From: Lingula anatina
Lineage: Eukaryota; Animalia; Brachiopoda
Assembly (NCBI GenBank): GCA_051362555.1
Contig: CM120648.1
Coordinates: 13,326,587-13,390,586, forward strand
Reading direction: 5' to 3'
DNA length: 64,000 nt
Under the pieces are notes generated by a model. That model saw only the letters and a program-made list of their open reading frames with translations. It made no database searches and was not told the DNA's origin. Shown here one piece after another: positions 13,421 to 25,700 of the stretch. Each line of letters opens with the position of its first letter. Position 1 is the stretch's first letter. A program made the position numbers and the translations under genes.

Positions 13421-14362
13421 TAAGATAAGATAAGAGTTTATTCAGCCATTAATATATAAATATAAAATTCATATAAAACGGAAATTGGACTGCTATTCGG
13501 GTTACAAATTATAAATAAAGAAATTATAAATTTCCATTTTTGTTGTTAAAATAAGACACAGCAGATGGGTAAAAACTCTTTAAAAACCTTTTAGATCCCT
13601 TAAAAGTTAAAAGCCTGCAGTTGCTCGGTAAAAATTTAAAAAGCCCATGTGCGGGGTGGGTATAGTCAGACATGATTTTCTCTGTTTTTGTTACTGATCT
13701 ATTAGTATAGATGGCACCTAGAGAGGGGAGTTCCAGACCGATGATTTTGCCGCACGTTGATGTGACCATATCTAGACGCTTGCGTTCTTCTACAGTGGCC
13801 CGCCCATACCATACTATGATTGCAAATGTTAATATACTTTCTATAACGCATTTGTAAAAGTTTGCTAAAATCATTTCATTTGAAGTAAAATCCTTCAACT
13901 TTCTTAAAAAATATACCCTTTGCCTCGCTTCTTTTAACTGTTTGTCTATGTGGTCCTTCCATGTAAGTGAGCTATTGAATTCTACCCCCAGCAGTCTAAA
14001 ATTGGCTACTTGCTTTACTGCAGTGCCACTGATATGAATGGGTTCTTTCACATTTCTATTCTTTCTGAAGTCAACAATCATTTCCTTAGTCTTCTCTACA
14101 TTCAGTAACAAATCGTTGTCTTTACACCATTGTACAACTGAGTTGACATCGTTTCTATACCAGGTCTCATCATTATCACTTATTAAGCCAATTAAAGTGG
14201 TGTCGTCTGCAAACTTCACGATGCAATTACTCTCATGAGATGAAACACAATCATACGTGAACAAGCTGTACAGACATGGTGACAGAACACAACCCTGAGG
14301 CGCACCTGTATTTAAAACCACAATATCAGAAGTACTTGTACCCACTTTCACAGCTTTCACAG
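13421..14362 (-). mobile_element. 5'-truncated non-LTR retrotransposon (LINE), Rex1/Babar-like, RT C-terminal half with open frame
   Basis: ORF 13524..14465: GAPQGCVLSP, KFADDTTLIGLI, WC..N.L.LNVEKTKEMIVDFRK, ARQRVYFLRKL, FYKCVIESILT..I.VWYG, HPAHGLF, SFYPSAV, as typical of Rex1/Babar ORF2. Short 3'UTR with AATAAA followed by a (TCTTA)n tail at 13421-13435. RT homology stops upstream of AVKVG (~14354); no endonuclease domain; no TSD found. Confidence 0.9.
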
Positions 14363-16739
14363 CTGCATTAAATCCTAATACTTCAACTGGCTTTGGTCTA
14401 AAATGTACATGACATGAGTACTGTGCGGTGTGAACGCGCCCCCCCATTCTTCCAAAAGGGCACACGTGTGTCTATGTACATATGTCGTCAGTACCGCACA
14501 TGAATCCCTGGGATTGAGTTTCATTTCTGTGTGCATGAATGTTAGAGCAGCTCCAATATTTACCTCGACCATTCTTCTCTTCTGTGTCGTTTGTGTGCCA
14601 GTTGTGCCTACGGACAATCCCCCTTTTCACCAACGTTGTTATAAGTTCACAATGCGGCAGAATCCAGCTCGCCTGCAGGTGAAGGAGAGGTTTACACGGC
14701 TTATTAACTGGCTTTAAAGCAACTTGTTTTGTTTTCGTCAATTTCCTACACACAAAACACATGGGGTACATAGCGTGGTATAGAAACTCTGCACAAGAGA
14801 CAGCGGACCCTATAATAGCAGCCATGGCCCACAACTATGTCGCTACAATTGTGATACTTTGTGCCTAAGCTGTAGCGACCAAAAGGTGCCGATTTCTAAG
14901 CCCGGCCATTCTCCTTCACCCTTCCCAAAAGACCTTGCTTTTGCCAGTGACGACGTCGAGGTAGTCTGTAGAAACGGAGCGTTGAAGGTCTGGCAGAGTT
15001 GAGGGCACTGTGGCACTTTGGGATAATTTGTGCAAGGTTGTTATCCCTGGGAGATCTACCCCCCCAGGTCCAGTGTTATTTCTGGCTGTAAGATATAGGT
15101 AGGTGGTCAGGGATTTCCCCTAAATTTGGACCTTAGACAAAGTTCAGATTTAAAGGGCACACACTTAAAATCTGTTTTTGATAAGCAGTTTTTAGTTTTA
15201 CGTTTTTTTTTTTTTGTTTTTTTTTTCGTTCCTGCAGTCTTCAACACGCTACTGCACCTTTGTGGTCTTTGGCCCATGGCTTAGGATTGCACTGCAGAAA
15301 GATTAAAGCAAAAAGAAACCAACTTTGTTCTGAGCAAACAGCAGCAAGGTACAACAGAAGTTGAAAAGGGTAGGGTGTGTAATTGTTTTTGTAAAGCACC
15401 ACTTGAGAGAAAGTCGACGATATTATAAATCAACACACTTAATCCAGACAATTGCATTTTAAGTCTGCTAGATGGATTTTAATGTTTGAAAATAGCAGCG
15501 CTGAGTATTTACGGTGTTTATGGTTATTGGGATTTAAGTGGACATGAATACATAAATCAACACATAAAACTCAAGGAGCAACCAGTTGTTGAATCGCATT
15601 GTGGAAAAATAACAAGCGCAAAGATTATGTGATATAACCGTGATTTTGAGGCGGGACATGAGTGTTTAAACACGGTGAAATAAGGTCTGGTTTAAATTAA
15701 GCGGGGAAAAATGATCAGGAAAAAGTATGTATTGGACATGTATGAGAGCTAGGGTGATGTAACACATTTTAGGCATCTCAATGAATTCTCTGGAAAAACA
15801 ACGGAATGGCAGTTCAACCCCTTTGGATATTTAATGTGTTTTCAGTCCATTGCTTTCACTTGACTTAGGCTGGCAGGAGAAAAGAGAGAGGTATGATTTG
15901 TGTTTTCAGTTTTCTCATGTGGAAAGTTCAACATTGGTCTGCAGGGGCACAGGTACCATGGAAAGAATAATTGCGGAAGTTTAGGAGTCTTCAGACAAAG
16001 TTTACTTTAGATTGGATATGGGAATAACTTTTGTTATGATTGATAACCAGGGATTTAGCTGTCTTGGGAGGACTGGGAACTCTCTGTTATGTCTGAACAG
16101 GCTGTCAGTCTCCACAGTATTATGGTAATGTGTTGGATGAGGCAGTCAAGCTTGGAGGCTTGTGCACAAAGTTGTGTTCCCAGTTGTGACAGTTTTAACT
16201 TAATTCTAATCATTTCAGCTAATTTCCTGGGTACATTTTAAACCTAGAAAGCCACCCTTAAAATACAAAACTTGACTCAGTAACGTTGGTAGCAGGCGGG
16301 ACAGCAGAGGGATTAGATTGGCTTTCTGTGGTTAGATATCAGAACCACAAAATCTGCCAAGATAGGGTATTCTCTGAGTTAAACAGCCACAAATTGATCA
16401 GAAATGCAGCATAAAGGTTTCTTCAGACACAAAGGTGGATCAAAACGGGTTCAGGCAACCTGCATGACATAATCCATGCTCCATTGACTGTGATATTGAC
16501 TGGAGGGGTATTGTGATAGACCGGGCGACCACTTACACTGGGATAGAATGACACTTAGACAGTTATAGGCTGAAAACATTGGGCTAGGTTGAAGAACTGA
16601 ACTAAATATAGCTACTAGTAGTTTGATACATAGAGTTTCAAGTGTGATAAAATCATGAACTGAAAAGATATGCCATCGTAGTGGTGTATTTGCTGAGATA
16701 TCATTTCTCAAGTTTGTCATCCTTGTGTCTCTCCAGGTG

Positions 16740-19700
16740 ATGAGGTTGGCCTCCCCAGGATGGTCGGACCACGAGAGACCCCCATCCAGCCAGGAGTCAT
16801 CTTTCCAGTCAGCTGGGAGTAGCTGCCCACTGTCCATGTCAGAGCTGACCGCTCGGCCTCCACACAAGAGATCACAAGATGGTAAGATACTTATTAATTT
16901 AAGAAAATTTTGCTTCCTTCTTCGTGATATTTTTGATTTTTTTAGACAGTGCCACTGGCGATCCTTTTTTTTTTTTTTTTTTCATTCCTTAAATATCCAA
17001 GAAATAAAAAGCTGTTAAGTACATCATTATTATTATTATTTATTTTTTTTATTTTTTATTTTTTTGATTTATTATTTTTTTTGACATGGATATGTTTTTT
17101 TTTACATAATAGCAAGTATCCTAACTAAAATTATCCATTTGGTATCAAAATACCTTTCAAACCTTGCTCGCCAGAAAAGCATGTACGTTTGAAAATAAAG
17201 ACTTCTTCAAAAAGGCAGTGAAACCATTAACAAACCGCATTTCAGCCAATAGACTGGGAATTGAACATTCACACAAATACAGAGGATTATAGCCAAGTAT
17301 CGGGTTCAGCCCTGTGGGGGGAAAGCAACCCAGAGCTATGAACATTAGATACTTTGCCTAAAGATTATTGACTTTCAACAATTCAATATCTATGAATTTA
17401 ACAGTTTTTCACGGACCGCTAAGTGGTTTCTTTGAAGGACTGGTGGACATTTGATAGCCCTTCACAATAGGTCAGCTTGTTATTAGTACTTATTGATGGT
17501 TGGTAGTATTTTCTCTTTTCTAAGACTCCAGATTTTACTTTTTATAGTTAGGGAGAGTGTTATTATAGCATTTTGTTTAGTTGAAATCTTACATTGAAGT
17601 TCTGTTTAAAAGTTATAAGAAAGCTTTTATCCAATCTTAATGCAGATGCTTTGTGTATTCTGTTTATTCACCATGCTTACATTTATTTAAGGCAAAACAA
17701 ATACATTCAAATTTCATTTTCAAACAACATAAGGGTTTCTGCAGCTTCTATGAAATGACCTATTTAAACTGAGATATTCGGTTCAATTTTTTGTCGTAAT
17801 CTGCTGTAATTTACATAGTGCAAGCAAATAGTTTTCATTTTTTTACTTCATTGGGTACTTAGGGTGATATGGTTTAAGTACAACATTACAGTGTGCTATG
17901 GTCTGAATTATGTTTACGAATTATATTCTTCCAACACTAGTAATTATCCCTCCTCCAAACTCTTCCTTACAACAAAAACCAGTTCTTTTTTTAATTAAAA
18001 AAATGGTTTAAAAAATTAAAGGAAGAGTCAATAGTTTGATGAATATAATTTGAAAATCTTGAATTGTTAATGCGACAAGTGTGCCCTCACCCAGTTTTCT
18101 GTGTATGTTGATGTGAAGTGATTACAAGTTGGTGTATATTCTGCCAGTTATTATCCCTCCTCCAAACTCTTCCATATAACCAAAGGCAGTTCTTTTGAAA
18201 ATCCAAAAAAAAAGAAATGAAAAAAAAAAAAGTAAAAGAGAAATTAAAAGGGGGGACTCAGTAGTTGGATAAATATAATTTGAATATATTGAATTCTTTA
18301 TGTGTCAAATGTCCTTCACGCCAGTGTTCCCTACGTGCCGATATGAACTGATGTGTCAAATTACAAAGCCAAGCGAGGCCTGAATCCACCGCAATGTGAG
18401 ACGTTCACACTAATTTCACACCCTGGTTCACCGTCTGTTTACACACACACTCCAAAACAATACCACTTGTTTTGAATTTTGCAGCCATTTAGTCATTCCC
18501 TGCTCTTAAAAGTTGAATGCTTCAGCATAACTGTGCCGTTGTTTGTTGTGTTGTCGGCTTTGTTGTGTCCTGTGTTGTTGGAAAGAAAGGTGTATTTCTG
18601 CTGGGGGGGCGGTGGTTGCTCGCTCTTTTAATTTCATAGCATGCTGGTATCCCACGGCACCTGATGAAGTTCAGTTAACGGCATGTTTGCTGATTGCTAT
18701 CAGTTCTGAAAGCTAACACAGCTGTTTCACAGTGACTTTACATTGTGTTTATTCGGTCATAGTTAAATGGCTGCATTTGAAACTTTCAAACTTTTCAGAA
18801 AGTTGGGTGTGATGTATTTTCTTTTGAAATTTCAAAATTGGATTGGAAAAAAATAGCTCTTTTCATTTAAACTTTATCATTGGTTTCTGTTGATTCAATT
18901 TATAGTCAAAATCACAACACTTGAAAGATAATGTTTCAAATGAAAACTTTTTGCATAGTCAAGAAGTAAAGAGAAAGATTATATCAGTTTTTCATAAAAA
19001 AAAAAACACTGGAAAGTTGAACAGATTTATAGAGTTGCTAAGAATTGTTGCAGATATCCCCTTAGCTCTTACACAAACTAAAAAAAATCGTATGACGTAA
19101 AACTGTTTGAAAATTAAGTTTCACAATGTAATCAGGTTTTCAATACTGTCATTGGCATGCCTTTCCAGCTGTATTTTGGCCTGAAAAAATGTCATAATTA
19201 TTTGCATGCTTGCATAACATGCCTCTGTTTTCAGACCAAGCTGTTAGACATTAAGAACAAAGCACCGGTAAAAAACTATTAAACATTTTTCATTTTTTTT
19301 CTGCAAAAGTAAACTGCCATTTAAGTTTTTTGAGATTTGGGTAATACAAGTGCATTTGTAAAACCTTTAGTACATTACTTTGGACTTTGATTGTTTAATT
19401 GATTGATTATGTGTGTGGGTGCCAGATTTAAAGAAATTTATCCACTTGGAAAAGTTAATAAAGGCTTTATTTTCCAAGCTGCACCTAAAACTTGTATTTT
19501 AATTTTATCATTTCAGGTCATCAAATGAGCCAGAATGAACAGGTTAACCAAAGACTCTTTCTTAATCAATATGTGAATAAGAAACTGGACACATTGACCA
19601 CAATGAATGGAAACCATTCCTGGAGTCAGTTCCAAGGTTCCTCAGGAGGCTTGACCAACAGCCAAGATCCCTATAGCTCTGGATTTAACTCATCCTGGAA

Positions 19701-22700
19701 TTATGAATCTGGATCATATCGACAAAACAAAAATTTTAGCCCAAATTCATACGGTTTTACCAGTTCTGGGCCTCATTTAGCTACATATGGGAATGTTAAC
19801 CAGAGTGGTACCGGATACCTCACTGGTAGCAATGGGTATACCCAGATAGATTCCATGGGGTACCCACCACTAGATGGCAGCATTGACCAATACAAGCCAG
19901 TGTCTACAGAACTCAAGGAACACCGTCAAAGGATTGCTCAAATTGACCAGCAGTTGCTGAGTTTAGATAAAGAGATTATGAGCTGTGACGGCCAGGAGAG
20001 ATGGAAAGGACTCCCACAGGAGCGGCCATCAGTGAATCTGTACCCATACAATACAATGTCTATGGGTAATTCCGTAAGGTCCAACACATCGCAGATATAC
20101 CCTCATGGTAACCTTCAGACAGATTCGTCATTTCTTTCAAAGTCATCACTAAGGGAGTCATCTGCAGGAGATTATAATAGTTTTGCTCATGAAGGGATGA
20201 ATTCTACTCATAATTATGACCACTCTGTGCCAAGGTTAAATACTTTTATGTCTAGTAGTCAGACTACTGACCCAACCTTGACCTTGAGTTCGTTTGAAGG
20301 TCAGGGTAAAACTCGTACAAAAATGAATGGAAGTCCCAAGTGCTCACTAAATATCCCAAAGATAGTCCAAAGACAAACAACAACAGCATTAGCAGAAAAA
20401 TCAGGGAATTTTACATCTACTGCCATACAGACTAGCCCAAATAAGAGTGACCTTGACATTGCACCAAATGACCTCAGCTTAGCCCTTACTCCTGCTAAGG
20501 GCTCTCAAGGCTCCAGAGTTATGTCTTCACATAAGTTGGGTATAGGCCCCAATGTTAAAGGGCGTATCGTTCAGTCCAATCTTCCGTTGGATGATTTATC
20601 GCCACTTTTCTCCCAGGCCACACCCCTTAAACTGTCTACAGGGTTACCCACAAAAAGCGGGTCTCATCTACCTCAACCCTTGTCTAAAGGAGTAGCCATG
20701 TTGGAAGACAAAAGACCAGCAAGAGATTCAGGAATGAAATTGTCTGATGACAAGAGGGTTACTCCCTATAAGCACAGCACTCGTCACCAAAGAAGCTGGA
20801 GTTCGCCTCGATTGAGCCTCAACTCGGAAGAGAGTTTATCATCAGAGGAGGATGTGGATTCCCTTCTGAATCGCTCAGTTGAGCTCCAGTCGCACATCCG
20901 AGTTTCATGCGACGAGACTGATGCTTATCAGCCACTGTCGCCCACGGGTTGGAGGGGTTATTCACCCTCACCAACACAATTTGCACGGAGTCTGCGACGC
21001 ACACACTCCGTGGAGAGTATTGTGGGAAAGTTCGATACTGATAGTAATTCTTTCACTATAACATCTATGAGGACCAACTTGCGCTGGGAAGATGCTTATG
21101 TCTATGGTTCAAGAAGCCCATCAATGGTGAGTTTACTGATCTTTTTCTGTAATTTATTTTGCTTGTATTTTGTCTATCAATTTTTTTGGGAATATCAAGA
21201 ATTCCAGAATAACTTATTATATTTAGAATTCAGTGTAGAAATTTAACTCTTTTCAAAATGTTTTTTCTATTTGCACAATTTATTTTGCATTTGACTCTTT
21301 ATCATGAAACCCTTCAGAAACTAATTTTCTATTATAATTATCAGGAAATAGTCTTATATTGGGGGAGGTACCACTCATTACAAGTTGGGATATTTAGCTT
21401 AATCAAAAAAAAAAAACACAGTGGCATCTTTAGAAACTGGTAAAGTTCTTCCTTCTGTGTTTCCTATTTTTCTTGGTTTTTAAGTGAATTAAGAACATTT
21501 AGATGTATATTCCACGTCCCAGCCGTAAGTCCTGGTAAGGTAAAAGGTTATGATGATATATTCACTTCATGTGACCCATGCAGAATTCTAATATTCCAAT
21601 ACACAGTTTACAGTTCATTCATCTTAACTCAGATCTGCACTACAAAAGAACCATGATGATAAGACTGCACTATCATTAAAGTCTAAGTAGATGACAAACA
21701 AAGAAGTAATTAAAGTTGTACAAAGACACAGTTAAGGTTGAAATCAATGAGACACTGGCACTACTGTGCTAACATGAAGTCCGCACACACCCAACAAAGA
21801 CCTGAGAGCCCACTACGGACAGGAACTGTTTGTAGAAATCACTTACGCCATTCTTCACGCTCATTGATCGAAGTGGTGTGAAATTGATCTGTCCGAGAGA
21901 GAACAAATTGACACAAGACAGGAGTAATTATTGTTGGTAGTTTTATGCAAGGGTCGGGAGATCTGACACGGTTCGGTTCTTCTATTACGTTTCCTGCCTT
22001 TATCACTGTTAATTATTGGTAAATTGATTAAGTTGTTTGATGCTGCATTTTGGACCTGAACCGTCATGGGCTTTTTTTTTTTTACATGTCTGACCACTCC
22101 TTTAAATTCAAGGCTGGAAAGCAGCTAAATTTTATCTTGGTTGGTCTTTTCCATATCATTTTCTATTGTGAATTTTATGTATTTATTTATTTTTTTTTTC
22201 CTGTTAAAATTGATTTATCAAAATCCCCTTTGTAGCACCTATGGTTATTTTTTCAATAGGAGAAAATTGTGAATTTAACAAAAATGTTTTTAAGTCATAA
22301 TTTCTATGAAATGAAAATTTCTTTTGAGTGGTAGCACATATATTAAAAAGCAGCCTACTCTTTAGTAATATTATATGCAGTAAAAGCACCACAAATGCTG
22401 AAAGTTTGATATTTTTTTCCCATTGAAAAGATTAAGTAATTACAGTTTGTCTGATGTAAGAGAATAATTAATGGATACATTCTGAAGTTAATCAGCTGAG
22501 TACTAGGGTATGTTATTGATGTAATTGGTCATTGTTTGTGTCAAATTGTTATATATGTCATTACATGGCTGAAATCACTGCTATGATTATGAAAAGAAAA
22601 GGGCATTTGTTTTATATAAGACTATTTCACACACAGTGCTCAGAATAACAGCAGAAAAATTGATTACCCCATTATAAAAAAGGTATTCAGTGTGTAAAGA

Positions 22701-25700
22701 AATTGGTGTTACTCATTTTGTAAATTTCAATAAGATGAGTTATTTGTTGAAAAACATTTAATATAATTTACATGTCAAAATATTTAACTCTAGGTGGAAA
22801 TCTTAACACTGTGTTAAAAAATTTATCTAAGGAGACTGAAGGGCTGAAGTTGTATTGGACCCTGTTCCCATACCTAGATTGATCTAACAGGAGTAACCCA
22901 TCTCTGAGGGTTTTCTCAATAAATTACATTCAGCTTACTAGTAAGCAGCTCTGACAACTGGTAAGCCTACTGAGGCTGTTAGGAGGAAATTAACTATCGT
23001 TTACAGGGGCGGACCCAGAGCTATTTTCTGACAGTCTTCCAAATTATCTTTGTTGATTCATCCTCTAATTTTGACCGTCTTCCAAAATGAAAAATTGGAT
23101 ACCCGTCAATGTAAACTTGAAAATCTGACCGTCTTCCGGAAGACCCAGAAGACGGTCTAAATCCGGTTTAGCCCCTGGTTTAGCAGCTTCAGTTGGCGTG
23201 CCAGACATCTAAACCGCTTAAGCTGAGAACAATTTAGCAAGAATCCCCTCAAAGATAGGTCAATCCTGCTAGATCAATCTAGGTATGGGAATGGGGTCTT
23301 AGATGGCAGTGATGGCTTGGCTGTAGGTAAAAACTAAAATATTGATGGAGTCACCAAGGGCTGTGTATCCAGGCAGACCTGGCTAAGCAACAAAAGTCAT
23401 GAAATAAAAGAAAAAAAAACTAAACTTGCTCCCAGGGTCCTCCGCGTATTGAAGCACTGTGGGTTTAGCTATACTCCGCTGAACTCTCTCCCTTTCATCT
23501 TCACCACAATAATACAATCAGCAAGTTTGTGTCAACTGCCTTCTAATTCCTTTAACAAGTGATGCAAGAAATATTTTAATCAGGTAACAAGTTTTGTCAA
23601 AGCCCGGTAGCGCTCTCCCTCCTCGAGTTACTCTGCAAATTCAAAGGTGACGCTGCGACAATGAGCCACAAGTAACATGCGAGCCGATATTGATTCAGAG
23701 CAAACAAAATAAAGCATATTACGTAAACATGTTGAAAAAATAGGCGTGCGGTAAATGGAGGCAAGACCTCATGGAAAGGGGCGACCCCAATCTCTGGGGG
23801 TCACGATGTTAGCATGTGCTTGAAGGATTATGTTCAAGTTAATAACGCTGTGGTTTACTTTGATATGAAAATTAACACCCGTTACATTAATTTTGACTAC
23901 TTGAAGCAGTTAGATTTTGATAAAAGGGTAATACTGGACTTACTCTGGTATTATAATTTAAAACCAATTATGATTATGTTATAACCATGGCAACAGGTTG
24001 CCAAGTTTTAAAGTGATTGAGGATAATTTATTTCAGTTAAACTACCTCAAAGTTACATGTCTAAATTATTTCTCTAGTTATGGAGTTTTGTATAGAAATT
24101 TTTTTTTTTTACATTTCAATCAAGTTCCAGTTTGGCGCACATGTTGTTTACATAGAGCCTCAGTTTTGTAATGGATTATGGGGTAATTTTTTTCTTAAAC
24201 TCCTTTAGTTGTATAATTGAATTTTGTGAGATTACATTACAGTATGCAAAGGTCATAGCAAAGCACATTCAGGGTTCTGCGCCAGCTTTGTTTATCCTAT
24301 CTCCCTAGCAACATAGCAGAGAAATGGTTTTTTGGGGGGTTTTAGTAAAGGCGACAGAGAAACATGTTTTGATACTTTGGTAAGTGAATTTTTTGTTTTG
24401 TTTTCCTCTAGGTTTCCCCTACATTGAGAGACAGCCTCAAAGGTAGATGTTATTCGCCAAGCTCAAGGTATGTGCCTTCGTTTTTTTATGCCTTTTACTT
24501 CCACTGGAAAAAACTATTAAATCAGCTTTAGTTTAATGTAAATTCCTTAAAGCTCATTTCAAGATATATAGTTCTGAGAGACATTTCAAGCGTGGCAGTC
24601 AAATTCAAAGGTCGAAGTAAATGAAATAGTTCGACTTTTGTACTGAGCATGGTTGCACTGGGTCAGAGCTTGCTATATGTTTCCTCCCTTCTTTAGCTGA
24701 TGTTAAACATGTTACAAGGAAGGCATGCTGTGATGGCAAAGCATTACCCTGTTTCCTAGAATTACGCTCAAACCAAATTGAAAGTGTTAAAGTAATCTGC
24801 TTGCCTTACCCTTAAGATACATTTTGAAAATAATTTAATGTGATTAGCCATTGCCTAATTCAAAGAATGCCCTTCATTCACTTGTTGAACCTCCAATTCT
24901 GTATTTTCAAGCATCTTTTGTCATTTCCTTAGTACATTTCCTTTTTTTTTTTTTTTTTTTTTTTTTGCAAGAAAGAACTGGTAGGGAAAGGTTATGATAA
25001 CTTGCTTGAAATCTTAGTGTGGATTGCTTGTGATATTTAATTTTCCAAAAAGTCAGCAAAGAAAAAAAAGCAATTTGTACAATTGGTTGTTTGTTTCTTT
25101 AACAGCAAGTGATGTGCAATCGTGATTGCCAGGGTATCCATTAAGTGTCCAGTTACTGGTCACTTGTGTCCCATACCTGACTGTGATTAGCACCCTTAGG
25201 CATGCCTCCCCCTTTTTCTCTTTCTATTTCTGATATTCTAAGTATAGAACTGTTACATCTCTTCCCAAATTACTTGGGGGCATTTTGCTATTGTGATACA
25301 GGCTGGTGTTTTGGGGTTCTCAAATTAAAGCATTGTATACCAACTGACTGTTGAAATGTTATGTGACTCTCTGTGCTACTTTGGTTGTCCAGACTATTGT
25401 CCTGTGCCCAGGGTGTTGATGCTGGCAGAGTTCACTGGCCACGTTTTACAAAGATTGTGGAAAATACCCTGTGGCTACGGCAGGCTTGACTCCTGCAGCC
25501 ATTAACTAATGCCCAAAGGCACAGCAGTGGTTGCTTTCATTGTGACTTGCGACAAAGGGGACCTATGATTCAGGCAGTTTTTATTCGTTTTTTACATTTA
25601 TGAAATTTGACTTCTGATCCTTGAAGGTGACAAGTGGGCCTTGACTCCAGTTGTAGACCAAAGTGGGCCTCACATAATGTAATTGATATCTTAAAAAGAG

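Noticed and set aside
15113-15123. ATTTCCCC-TAA as a possible TSD partner for the LINE 3' flank (ATTTTCCCCATAA, 13411)
   Set aside because: Short, imperfect, low-complexity match; not enough to define the insertion boundary.
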